Positions 17,144-24,919 of a DNA stretch of 30,690 nucleotides are shown here, piece after piece. The notes under the pieces are model-generated. The model ran no database searches, had not been told where the DNA came from, and was given only the letters and a program-made list of their open reading frames with translations. Location: positions 1 to 30,690 of the forward strand of contig DATFHI010000273.1 of NCBI GenBank assembly GCA_035248525.1, read 5' to 3'. The position numbers and the translations under genes were made by a program. Numbering within the stretch: position 1 is the first letter of the stretch; each line of letters opens with the position of its first letter. The DNA comes from Fimbriimonadaceae bacterium (GTDB lineage Bacteria; Armatimonadota; Fimbriimonadia; Fimbriimonadales; Fimbriimonadaceae).

Positions 17144-17245
17144 GTGGCGGAATTCCAAAGTGAATCACCAATGGGTCGACAAATATGGTTATCCGTCACA
17201 GCATTAAAGGGAATTCTGGATTGGACGTCGAATGGATCTGCATGA
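17144..17245 (+). CDS. Putative 33-aa upstream ORF coupled to the GH172 gene
   Basis: SD AAGGAGG (17132-17138), 5-nt spacer, GTG, 33 open codons, and a TGA overlapping the ATG of the next gene (ATGA 17242-17245). Confidence 0.4.
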   Translation: MAEFQSESPMGRQIWLSVTALKGILDWTSNGSA

Positions 17246-18870
17246 GCCGGCTCCTAATCGCCACCCTCGCTTTCATGCCCCTGCTTTCGCAAAGCCAAGG
17301 TGGATCGTTGGAGGACCTGGCCAAGCCCCAAACCGGTACCAGCAAGCGGGCGACTTCAACCTTTCGCGAAGGGCGAAACGGTCAATACGACTCCAAAGCC
17401 TTCCCCAAGGGCGACGCGCTCGAGCGGAGCAACTCCGACAACTTCCGAGTTGCCCCGGGAGCGACTCACACGCTGATGGATGTAAAGGGTCCAGGTGTGA
17501 TCACCCACATTTGGATGACGTTTCTTGGACCGGAGCCGCAAGATTGGGCGAAACAAGGATCGGCCAACCATCAAGAGATGCTGCTTCGAATCTATTGGGA
17601 TGGAAACGAGCGGCCGGCGGTGGAAGCTCCGGTAGGCGACTTCTTCGCCAATGCCTTTGGCAAGCGCAGCAGCGTCATCAGCACCCCGGTGGTGGTAGAA
17701 GATGCTGACTCCTACAACTGCTTTTGGCACATGCCATTCCGCAAATCCGCCCGCATCGAGATCGTGAACCAAGGCAAGCAAAACATCAACCTGCTGTATT
17801 ACAACATGGACTGGATTCAGCGTCCGATCCCTCGGGACACGCCTTACTTTTACGCGCAATACCGTCAGGAGTACCCGGTAGAGAATGGCAAGGATTACGT
17901 TGTCCTGGATACCAAGGGCAAGGGGCACTATGTCGGAACCGTGATGTCCGTCCGCACCCGAAGTCCATCCTGGTTTGGCGAGGGGGACGAGAAGATTTAC
18001 ATCGATGGGGAGGACCACGCCTCCATCTGGGGCACCGGCACCGAGGATTACTTCCTGAGCGCTTGGGGCCTGCAAAAAACCAGCACGCCCACGTTCGGCA
18101 CGCCCTATTTCGACCAGTGGGGAATTGTGGGTGGGCATACCAGCGCCTACCGGTGGCACATCACCGATCCCATCGTCTTTCAAAAGGGCATAAAGGTTAC
18201 GTTCGAGCATTGGGGCTGGATTTCCCCCGACGAGAACAAAGACTACAAAAGCATGAGTTGGAACGAACGCGAGGATGACTATTCCAGCGTTGCGTTTTGG
18301 TACCAAACCGGCCAGCCAACCTTCGCCGCCCGAGCGCCAGCAGATCGCGTATTACCGAACTTGGATAGGGTCATCGCCTACGCAAGGGACTCCGAGAAGC
18401 ATGGGGTTGGAAACGTGACCCAGCAGCAACTCGATCTTTATCCGGTGCCCCAGCTTTTGTACATGCCCCCGGCAACCTCCACGTTGAAGAGCGGATCATT
18501 CATCGAAATCCCATTTAGCGTTTCCACGAGCGAACCGCTTCGATTGCTCGTGAACCTGACGACGTCGTACGACTTTGGCCAGTACCAGGCTTACCTCATC
18601 GGTCCCGGAGACCAACCACCGGTAAAACTGGGCGGAATCATCGATGCCTACTCCAAGTCCGTCGAGAACCGAGAAGTGCATTTGCTGGACTTTTGGCCGG
18701 AGCTGGGCCAATATCGCTTGCGGTTGGAATGCGTCGGCAAGAATCCGCTCTCGCAAGGATGCTATCTCGGCATTGAATCCGTGCGGTTGAGGGAGCGGCG
18801 ACCGCGGGTCAACCAGATGGGACACGATCGCAGTAAGGACTGGCGAGCGCATCCCATTTTGTATGGCTAA
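17242..18870 (+). CDS. DUF2961 / glycoside hydrolase family 172 protein with C-terminal extension
   Basis: Signal peptide, GPGVITHIWMT, LRIYWDG...PVGDFF, NCFWHMPF, WFGEGDEKIYIDGE, GTGTEDYF, AYRWHITDPIVF and SSVAFWYQ. Confidence 0.9.
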   Translation: MSRLLIATLAFMPLLSQSQGGSLEDLAKPQTGTSKRATSTFREGRNGQYDSKAFPKGDALERSNSDNFRVAPGATHTLMDVKGPGVITHIWMTFLGPEPQDWAKQGSANHQEMLLRIYWDGNERPAVEAPVGDFFANAFGKRSSVISTPVVVEDADSYNCFWHMPFRKSARIEIVNQGKQNINLLYYNMDWIQRPIPRDTPYFYAQYRQEYPVENGKDYVVLDTKGKGHYVGTVMSVRTRSPSWFGEGDEKIYIDGEDHASIWGTGTEDYFLSAWGLQKTSTPTFGTPYFDQWGIVGGHTSAYRWHITDPIVFQKGIKVTFEHWGWISPDENKDYKSMSWNEREDDYSSVAFWYQTGQPTFAARAPADRVLPNLDRVIAYARDSEKHGVGNVTQQQLDLYPVPQLLYMPPATSTLKSGSFIEIPFSVSTSEPLRLLVNLTTSYDFGQYQAYLIGPGDQPPVKLGGIIDAYSKSVENREVHLLDFWPELGQYRLRLECVGKNPLSQGCYLGIESVRLRERRPRVNQMGHDRSKDWRAHPILYG

Positions 18871-19259
18871 TGTCTGGACACCAGGTTAGCTGCTGCCTGG
18901 AGTCCAACCCAGGCGGCAGCAACGGAAAGAACTACCGAAGCTCCGACGTAAACCGCGGCCTTGACAAACTCGCGGGTTTGGAGAAGATGGACCGTTTCCC
19001 AACTGAACGCCGAGAAAGTGGTGAATCCGCCCAGGATGCCGACGGCTACGAAAAGCCGCCAATTCGGTTGCCAGTTCAATGCACCGAACGCTCCCAGAAA
19101 CAGTCCGATTGCCAGCGAACCGAGGACGTTGATGAGCAGGGTCGCCCAAGGGAATCCAGAACCGGATTTGCCTTCCAGCCACACTCCTGCCCAATAGCGG
19201 CAGTTGGCGCCAATGAATCCTCCGCCCCCCACCAGCAACGCTCTTACCAAACCGTCCAT
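18867..19259 (-). CDS. crcB: Fluoride channel Fluc/CrcB
   Basis: GGGGFIGANCRY, FPWATLLINVLGS and GILGGFTTFSAF motifs; about 130 aa with 4 TM. Start at ATG 19259. Confidence 0.96.
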   Translation of the reverse strand: MDGLVRALLVGGGGFIGANCRYWAGVWLEGKSGSGFPWATLLINVLGSLAIGLFLGAFGALNWQPNWRLFVAVGILGGFTTFSAFSWETVHLLQTREFVKAAVYVGASVVLSVAAAWVGLQAAANLVSRH

Positions 19260-19281
19260 GTCCCGAACGGAATTATGCCGG

Positions 19282-19312
19282 TATTTGAAGGACAACCGGT
19301 TGTATTCAAATA
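19282..19312. repeat. Imperfect 31-bp palindrome TATTTGAA-gg-ACAACCGGTTGT-a-TTCAAATA
   Basis: Read directly between the tRNA 3' end and the crcB start. A second hairpin (19311-19337, TATCCAGA/TCCGGATA) abuts it. Confidence 0.7.
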
Positions 19313-19339
19313 TCCAGAGGACAGAGAGATCCGGATAGG

Positions 19340-19415
19340 TGGTGGAGGCAAGGGGACTCGAACCCCTGACCCTCTGCTTGCAAAGCAGATGCTCTCCCAG
19401 CTGAGCTATGCCCCC
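19340..19415 (-). tRNA. tRNA-Ala (anticodon TGC)
   Basis: 76 nt: GGGGGCATAGCTCAGCTGGGAGAGCATCTGCTTTGCAAGCAGAGGGTCAGGGGTTCGAGTCCCCTTGCCTCCACCA. G3:U70 Ala identity pair, TTCGA T-loop and encoded CCA. A TATACT -10 box lies upstream (19433-19438). Confidence 0.98.
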
Positions 19416-19455
19416 ACGTTGGGAAGAGGAAAAGTATACCTGCCACGCGCCCAGC

Positions 19456-19842
19456 TTAGGGCTTGGACTTCGTCGTACGACCTTCGGCGATCTCCCTCAA
19501 GATGTACACCGTATTTCGAATCGCGGCCGCATCTGCATCGTTGGAGTTGCTTTTGATGATCGTCAGGGCGCTATCCACCAACGCCCGGCTGGCATCAAAC
19601 CGCTTACCGTCGAGGACCACGGTCACATCCGGCACCAATCCGGCGAATGCGATGGAACGGTTGGCGAGCCCATCGAGCGTGGTCGCCCCCGCGGTGCCAA
19701 CCCACGACTGAATCAGCTTTTTGGCCATCGCCCGAGTCTCGGCGGGCAGGCGCACACTTTGGTTGGCGCTTCCGCTGGCGGAGGCGGATGAGGCAAGCAC
19801 AAGCATAAGCACGGCCAGGAATAAACATAAAAGGCGGTTCAT
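19456..19842 (-). CDS. Secreted hypothetical protein (128 aa, helical)
   Basis: Signal peptide MNRLLCLFLAVLMLVLASSASA from ATG 19842. The ORF fills the gap between the tRNA and namZ. Confidence 0.7.
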   Translation of the reverse strand: MNRLLCLFLAVLMLVLASSASASGSANQSVRLPAETRAMAKKLIQSWVGTAGATTLDGLANRSIAFAGLVPDVTVVLDGKRFDASRALVDSALTIIKSNSNDADAAAIRNTVYILREIAEGRTTKSKP

Positions 19843-19894
19843 TGCACAAAGTCGGACGGCTGCGGGCTGAATCGGATACGGTACACATGGGCCG

Positions 19895-21136
19895 ATGTCC
19901 GTCCAAACCGGCCTTGATATTCTTGTTGTTGAGGACTTCCGCCGCGTGCGTGGAAAATCGATCGGGCTGGTTTGCAATCAAGCATCCTGCGATCGCCAAC
20001 TCAGGCACATCCTCGACCTGCTACTGGCCCTTCATCGGCGTCAGCAATTGAACATCCAGGCGGTGTTCGGTCCGCAGCACGGGCTATTTGGACACACCCA
20101 AGACAACATGATCGAGTGGGAAGGGATGCGCGATGAGCGAACCGGGCTTCCGGTCTATTCCCTATACGGCGCTCACCGGGAACCTCAGCCCTGCATGCTG
20201 TCGGACCTAGATGAACTCGTCGTAGATCTCCAAGACGTCGGTTCGCGCTATTACACGTTCGTGTGGACGATGGCCCTATGCATGAAAGCGAGCGAATCAG
20301 CAGGCATTCCCGTTACGGTGCTCGACCGACCCAACCCAATCGGGGGTTTGCTGGTGGAAGGCCCAACAATTCAGCCAGGACTGGAATCGTTCGTTGGGCA
20401 GTATTCGTTGCCGACCAGGCACGGGATGACCATTGGTGAGGTCGCCAAACACCTACAACAAACCCATTTCCCGCGATTGGAATTGAATGTCGTTGCGATG
20501 CAGGGTTGGAGTCGGGATTTGTATTGGGAGGAAACCGGGCTGCCGTGGATTCTGCCATCGCCAAACATGCCAACGGTTGACACCGCCGTCGTCTACCCCG
20601 GCGGCTGCCTGCTTGAGGCGACGAATCTCAGCGAGGGTCGCGGTACTACAAAACCGTTCGAGATCTTCGGGGCACCTTTCGTCGATGCCTGGAAGTTCTC
20701 CGACGCGCTCAATGGATTGAAGCTTCGGGGTTGCCGTTTTAGACCCACCACATTCCAACCCACGTTCAACAAGCACGCTGGCAAGATTTGTGGCGGATGT
20801 CAATTGCATGTGCAGGATCGAAGTCAATTTCAACCGGTTTTGACCTATGTCGCAATCATGCAAGAAGCGGTCAGACAGTCCGGTCTGCATCGGGCCAAAG
20901 AGGATTCCACCGATCGATTCGTTGCCAATTCCCACGAGACCGATCTGCCGGGTTTCGCGTGGCGACTGCCGCCTTACGAATACGTGTACGACCGCCGCCC
21001 AATTGACATTCTGGCGGGTAACGAATGGCTCGAATCAGCGGTTTCCAACTTGGATCCGCTCGAGCGAATTAGCGAGCGCATGCGCGAAGAATCCGAAGCA
21101 TTCGGACCGGCGAGACAGGCGGCTTTGCTTTACTAA
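19895..21136 (+). CDS. DUF1343 / NamZ-family exo-beta-N-acetylmuramidase-like protein (PQHG variant)
   Basis: IGLVCNQAS, FGPQHG, VYSLYG, DLQDVGSRYYTF, VLDRPNP, RHGMTIGE, PSPNMPT, YPGGCLLEATNLSEGRGT and FQPTF. No signal peptide. Confidence 0.92.
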   Translation: MSVQTGLDILVVEDFRRVRGKSIGLVCNQASCDRQLRHILDLLLALHRRQQLNIQAVFGPQHGLFGHTQDNMIEWEGMRDERTGLPVYSLYGAHREPQPCMLSDLDELVVDLQDVGSRYYTFVWTMALCMKASESAGIPVTVLDRPNPIGGLLVEGPTIQPGLESFVGQYSLPTRHGMTIGEVAKHLQQTHFPRLELNVVAMQGWSRDLYWEETGLPWILPSPNMPTVDTAVVYPGGCLLEATNLSEGRGTTKPFEIFGAPFVDAWKFSDALNGLKLRGCRFRPTTFQPTFNKHAGKICGGCQLHVQDRSQFQPVLTYVAIMQEAVRQSGLHRAKEDSTDRFVANSHETDLPGFAWRLPPYEYVYDRRPIDILAGNEWLESAVSNLDPLERISERMREESEAFGPARQAALLY

Positions 21137-21283
21137 GGATCGTTGCGCATTTCTGCCCAAATTGCGGCCCGGTACTTAACAAAATCTTAGCGATCCTTCA
21201 CAATACTGGCGGAAGTTATATGCATTGGCCGTTGGCCCTTGTAATTTCGGCGCAACGACGCGCCCATATCGGAGGACTTATCG

Positions 21284-22255
21284 ATGAGACGTGCTTTTAC
21301 TTTGATCGAACTTCTGGTGGTGATTGCCATTATCGCCATCCTAGCTGCGATCCTATTCCCCGTTTTCGCGCAGGCAAAACTTGCGGCAAAGAAAGCATCT
21401 GTGCTTTCCAACGTCAAGCAGGTCAGCACCGCGATGTTCTTATATATGTCGGATAACGACGATACATATCCCCGCGGTCGCGGTTGCAACCTGTACAGTT
21501 CCCTGAACGAAAAGTTCCGGGCCGCGAGTTTCAATTCCAGCCCAACTCAAGGCTGCGGAGTCGGCGGGTTTTATAACTACGACGACCATTATCAGTGGCA
21601 GAAGGATCTCATGCCCTATTCCAAGAGCTTGGAGTTGTTCTTCAACCCCATCCGCCAGAAGGATCAGGGCAAGTGGGACAGCAGCGGCGAAATCCACGGG
21701 AACTTGGTTCTGAACCTCGGGCTAACCGGTTACAAGAACACCACGTTCGCCGGCGCGACGACGTCGTTCGGTGATGCCATGCCGTTCACCGGTGGCAACC
21801 AATCCGGTATCCCTAACGTGTCCGAAGCCGCCCTGCTTTTGGACAATATTCCCAAGAGCATCGCTCCATTCGTGCCGATTATCGACCAGCTTGAGCCCGG
21901 TCAAACCAGCACGAGCCAGCTCACGGTTTATCCAGTTGGCTACCGCGAGTTTTGGGCGTTCCGTCTGACTCAAATGAGTTCCGCGGAGTGTGCGGCCAAT
22001 CCTCAACCCAGCAAGCCAGTGGACACCGGGGCATACCCGGCAGGCGGCCTTACGGTCGGTCGAGCGGACGGTAGCGCCAAGTTCTATCCGGCCGGCGTCT
22101 TCCTCGCGAAGACTCCAACTCGAGCCCAGTTGACGGGCGGCGGCACGATCAGCGCTCCAACCTGCGTGGCGGGAACGCTGGCTCAGGGCTATGCCTACAC
22201 CGGCACGATCGATCGAAACATTCCATTCCCGATGTGGGGTTTCGGCCAGCAGTGA
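21284..22255 (+). CDS. Prepilin-type N-terminal cleavage/methylation domain protein (DUF1559-like, H-X9-DG-type tail)
   Basis: MRRA|[33 protein letters not shown]...MY..DNDD, and C-terminal [16 protein letters not shown] upstream. Confidence 0.93.
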   Translation: MRRAFTLIELLVVIAIIAILAAILFPVFAQAKLAAKKASVLSNVKQVSTAMFLYMSDNDDTYPRGRGCNLYSSLNEKFRAASFNSSPTQGCGVGGFYNYDDHYQWQKDLMPYSKSLELFFNPIRQKDQGKWDSSGEIHGNLVLNLGLTGYKNTTFAGATTSFGDAMPFTGGNQSGIPNVSEAALLLDNIPKSIAPFVPIIDQLEPGQTSTSQLTVYPVGYREFWAFRLTQMSSAECAANPQPSKPVDTGAYPAGGLTVGRADGSAKFYPAGVFLAKTPTRAQLTGGGTISAPTCVAGTLAQGYAYTGTIDRNIPFPMWGFGQQ

Positions 22256-22452
22256 AGTTCGTAGGAATCGTTCTGGTGCTTGGCGCATTCCTTTGCGGGT
22301 GCGCCAAGTCGGATGTCTCCGAAGCGGACCAGAAGGCCTTGGAGGCGAAGTACTCCCAAGAGGCGTACGAAGAGGCAATGCGCAAGAATGGCCGCGGAGC
22401 CGAACTCGAAGAAGAAAAGCGGCTGGCCCGCGAACGCGAAGAAGCACGTTAA
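22252..22452 (+). CDS. Small lipoprotein (66 aa)
   Basis: GTG start overlapping the pilin stop (GTGA), lipobox-like LCGC after a hydrophobic stretch, and a charged helical tail. Confidence 0.75.
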   Translation: MKFVGIVLVLGAFLCGCAKSDVSEADQKALEAKYSQEAYEEAMRKNGRGAELEEEKRLAREREEAR

Positions 22453-22458
22453 CAAATT

Positions 22459-22487
22459 GGACCGGCGAAACTTTGGTATGCCGGTCC
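22459..22487. terminator. Hairpin GGACCGGC-N13-GCCGGTCC downstream of the pilin/lipoprotein pair
   Basis: 8-bp GC-rich inverted repeat. No U-tract on the + strand. Confidence 0.35.
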
Positions 22488-22524
22488 GTCTCCTGCCAGA
22501 CTGCGGCATTTTTCCCTCCTCCGC

Positions 22525-22530
22525 TATAAT
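22525..22530 (+). promoter_or_regulatory. -10 box TATAAT 6 nt before the darA GTG (leaderless-type promoter)
   Basis: Perfect consensus hexamer; no SD before the start codon. Confidence 0.55.
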
Positions 22531-22536
22531 CCAATC

Positions 22537-22866
22537 GTGAAGCTTGTCGTGTGCATCGTCCATAACCGGGACAAGAATAAGATCACGGATGAGCTTGTCA
22601 AAGCAGGATTCAAGTTCACAATCATCGGTTCGACCGGCGGCTTTTTGCGTGAAGGCAACACCACATTTCTCATTGGCGTGGACGAGCCGGACGTCCCCAC
22701 CTTAAAAAAGGTCATCGGGCAGAACTGCCAATCTCGGGAACAGCTGGTGAATGTCATGCCGTTTGAAGCGGCGCCTCCTGGCGCATTCATTCCAAGCCCC
22801 GTGAAGGTGCCCGTTGGCGGAGCCGTAGTTTTCATCTTAAACGTGGATGAATTTGAACGCTTCTGA
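22537..22866 (+). CDS. darA: Cyclic-di-AMP receptor, PII-like (DarA/PstA, DUF970)
   Basis: MKLVVCIVH..D, STGGFLREGNTTFLIGV and VPVGGAVVF; 109 aa; adjacent to holB as in Firmicutes. Confidence 0.93.
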   Translation: MKLVVCIVHNRDKNKITDELVKAGFKFTIIGSTGGFLREGNTTFLIGVDEPDVPTLKKVIGQNCQSREQLVNVMPFEAAPPGAFIPSPVKVPVGGAVVFILNVDEFERF

Positions 22867-23761
22867 ACTCGAGTCCCTACCCGGTCTGCATGCCGCAAAA
22901 CGCGCAATCCTCGAGTTTGTCAAAGCTGACTCAAGCGTCCACGCCGTGCTGTTTTATGGAAAAAAGGGCGCAGGCAAGCGTCAGCTCGCAAGATTCCTCG
23001 CCCGGGCTTGGCTTAGCGAATGCGGCGCGAATGAGCGGGCGGCAAACGCCTTCGACAATGGGAACAACGCGGACTTCCTTTTGGTTCAGCCAATGCCGCC
23101 AAGCAGAATTATTCGAGATTGCCAGATAACTGAACCCAAGAGGGTGCCAAACGAGTGCAAGGGCGTTGCCGTTTTGACCTTTCTCCGGACGCCTCCACTC
23201 ACTTCGGATTTGAAGATTGTGATCATCGAGGATGCAGATCGCATGAATCCGATGGCGGCGAACGCCATCCTCAAAACCCTCGAAGAGCCGCACCCTTATG
23301 CCAAGTTCATCCTGACTACAACGTCCGTAGGTTCCCTGCCCCCAACGATTTTGTCCAGGTGCACCGCCATCGCCTGCGAACTGCCAGAGGTCGATTCCAA
23401 TGAGCCTCTGTGGTTACTGGCCGATGGGTCTCCGGGGCTACATGCTGAGTTATCTGAAGATCCAGAAACCTATATCGGACTTTGGGAGCTGGCGCGGGAT
23501 TTGCGAGTCCAAAGTTTGCCTTCGGCGTTAAGGATCTCCGAGGAGTTGCGAGCCATTGCCGATCAGATTCAGAAGAAATCAGACTCCAACTCCCGCAGCG
23601 CGAACGCTGACGTCTTGGAACTCTTGGCAATTGCGCTCAAGAAGCTACATCCGGACTGGGCGACTGCGCAACAGGCCGTAGTCGAAGCGCACCGGCGAAT
23701 CCAGGGAAACGGAAGTGCGGGACTGGTGTTCGACCGGCTGCTGACCGAACTTCTCCTTTAA
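22847..23761 (+). CDS. holB: DNA polymerase III subunit delta'
   Basis: HAVLFYGKKGAGK, IIEDADRMNPMAANAILKTLEEP and LPPTILSRC (SRC motif). Confidence 0.9.
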   Translation: MNLNASELESLPGLHAAKRAILEFVKADSSVHAVLFYGKKGAGKRQLARFLARAWLSECGANERAANAFDNGNNADFLLVQPMPPSRIIRDCQITEPKRVPNECKGVAVLTFLRTPPLTSDLKIVIIEDADRMNPMAANAILKTLEEPHPYAKFILTTTSVGSLPPTILSRCTAIACELPEVDSNEPLWLLADGSPGLHAELSEDPETYIGLWELARDLRVQSLPSALRISEELRAIADQIQKKSDSNSRSANADVLELLAIALKKLHPDWATAQQAVVEAHRRIQGNGSAGLVFDRLLTELLL

Positions 23762-23786
23762 ACTGCACCAAATGGCCTAGCGCGTG

Positions 23787-23792
23787 TAAAAT
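23787..23792 (+). promoter_or_regulatory. Housekeeping-type -10 box TAAAAT upstream of the ECF sigma operon
   Basis: TAAAAT lies 7 nt before an in-frame GTG at 23800. CTGCAC lies 18 nt upstream as a weak -35. Confidence 0.45.
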
Positions 23793-23803
23793 CTAGTTCG
23801 TGC

Positions 23804-23831
23804 GGAACTTACGCAAAGGTGAAAACCGTAA
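23804..23831 (+). promoter_or_regulatory. ECF-type autoregulatory promoter GGAACTT-N16-CGTAA
   Basis: Matches the established ECF consensus (-35 GGAAC, -10 CGT) directly upstream of the sigma ATG at 23860. Confidence 0.75.
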
Positions 23832-23859
23832 CACATCTAAATCAAAAGGTTCCCGCGTA

Positions 23860-24456
23860 ATGCTGTTCGCCATTTCCAAAGACAATACAGGGCCGAGGGT
23901 GGACTCTACTTCCCTCTTTGAGTCCTTAATGCGCAAGTCGCATCGCCAGGCGTACAGCTTGGCTTACCGGTTGACCGGTAATGCCGCCGAGGCGGAGGAT
24001 CTCGTTCAGGAATCCTTTGTCCGAGCCTTTCGATTTTTCGGGAAATACGATCCTTCGATGCCATTTACTTCTTGGCTTTATCGGATCATGACCAACGCTC
24101 ATATCGATTCAGTTCGCCGTAAAGGCAAGCTGAAGACGATGAGCTTGGAGCAAGGCGGAGCGGACGGCACAACCACCTGGGAATTGCCGGACCTGGAATC
24201 CTCTCCCGACCGAACAATGTTGCATGAAGCCCTGGATGAGCCGGTTCAACAGGCGATCTCTTCAATGACACCGGAGTTTAGAATGGCCGTATTGCTGGCA
24301 GATGTCGAAGGAATGGCGTATGAAGAAATCGCGGAAGTGATGAAAACGTCAGTCGGCACCGTCAGATCCAGAATCCATCGGGGCAGAAAACAAATTCGAA
24401 AGCATCTCATGAAGCACTCGCCCCAAGCGTATAGGAGCTTTACGGATGAATTGTAA
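23860..24456 (+). CDS. ECF RNA polymerase sigma factor (RpoE/SigW-like)
   Basis: AEAEDLVQESFVRA, FTSWLYRIMTN and EGMAYEEIAEVMKTSVGTVRSRIHRGR. An alternative in-frame GTG start lies at 23800. Confidence 0.95.
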   Translation: MLFAISKDNTGPRVDSTSLFESLMRKSHRQAYSLAYRLTGNAAEAEDLVQESFVRAFRFFGKYDPSMPFTSWLYRIMTNAHIDSVRRKGKLKTMSLEQGGADGTTTWELPDLESSPDRTMLHEALDEPVQQAISSMTPEFRMAVLLADVEGMAYEEIAEVMKTSVGTVRSRIHRGRKQIRKHLMKHSPQAYRSFTDEL

Positions 24457-24919
24457 AAACGTACAGGTTTATCTATCGGCCTACCTGGACGGCGAACTTT
24501 GCGGCCAGGAATGCCTCGACCTTCGAAACCACCTCTCGGCTTGCCCATCTTGCCGCGCCGAAGAGCAGGAGTTGCGCAAACTGAAGCAGCTTCTTCGAAG
24601 CCTCCCGAATTATCAGCCGACAGATGGATTTGAGGATCGTTTGGTTGCCAAAGTCATGGAGCCAGCCACGTCTCGACGAGGAATTGACTGGAATTTGGAT
24701 TGGCGACTTGCCGGCGGCTTGGCGGCTGCAGCGGCAATTTGCGCTTTCGCCCTCTTCCAAGTCACTGAGCGCCGAATGCCAACCGCCACCACTCAGGAAC
24801 CGATGGCAAAGCGCGATAGCATCGACTTGGACTTCTCACGCGATCAACTGTTCATGGCCGGCAATGATCCTCTAAGCGGAAATCGCTTCGCAATTCCGGC
24901 ATCCCATGGCAAGAATTAA
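24446..24919 (+). CDS. Zinc-binding (ZAS, zf-HC2) transmembrane anti-sigma factor
   Basis: MNC...LSAYLDGEL...HLSACPSC (HxxxCxxC) and TM LAGGLAAAAAICAFALF; overlaps the sigma stop. Confidence 0.92.
   Translation: MNCKNVQVYLSAYLDGELCGQECLDLRNHLSACPSCRAEEQELRKLKQLLRSLPNYQPTDGFEDRLVAKVMEPATSRRGIDWNLDWRLAGGLAAAAAICAFALFQVTERRMPTATTQEPMAKRDSIDLDFSRDQLFMAGNDPLSGNRFAIPASHGKN

Noticed and set aside
17356-18306. 316-aa antisense ORF, and similar long shadow ORFs at 26292-27317, 21722-22534 and 29167-29862
   Set aside because: Each lies opposite a well-supported gene (GH172, degP, pilin, DUF1800), has no recognisable motifs, and is expected from codon bias in GC-rich DNA.
19260-19339. Fluoride riboswitch upstream of crcB
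   Set aside because: The conserved riboswitch elements could not be found by eye; only generic hairpins are present.
16022-19415. Genomic island integrated at the tRNA-Ala 3' end
   Set aside because: No integrase, and no duplicate of the tRNA 3' end was spotted in the window. Only the 16-17 kb gene looks AT-shifted.
18870-19556. 228-aa + strand ORF
   Set aside because: It overlaps crcB and the whole tRNA-Ala on the opposite strand; no coding signature.
21140-21258. 9-bp inverted repeat TCGTTGCGC/GCGCAACGA around the pilin leader; possible c-di-GMP riboswitch
   Set aside because: The arms are far apart, and no c-di-GMP-I or -II consensus elements were seen.
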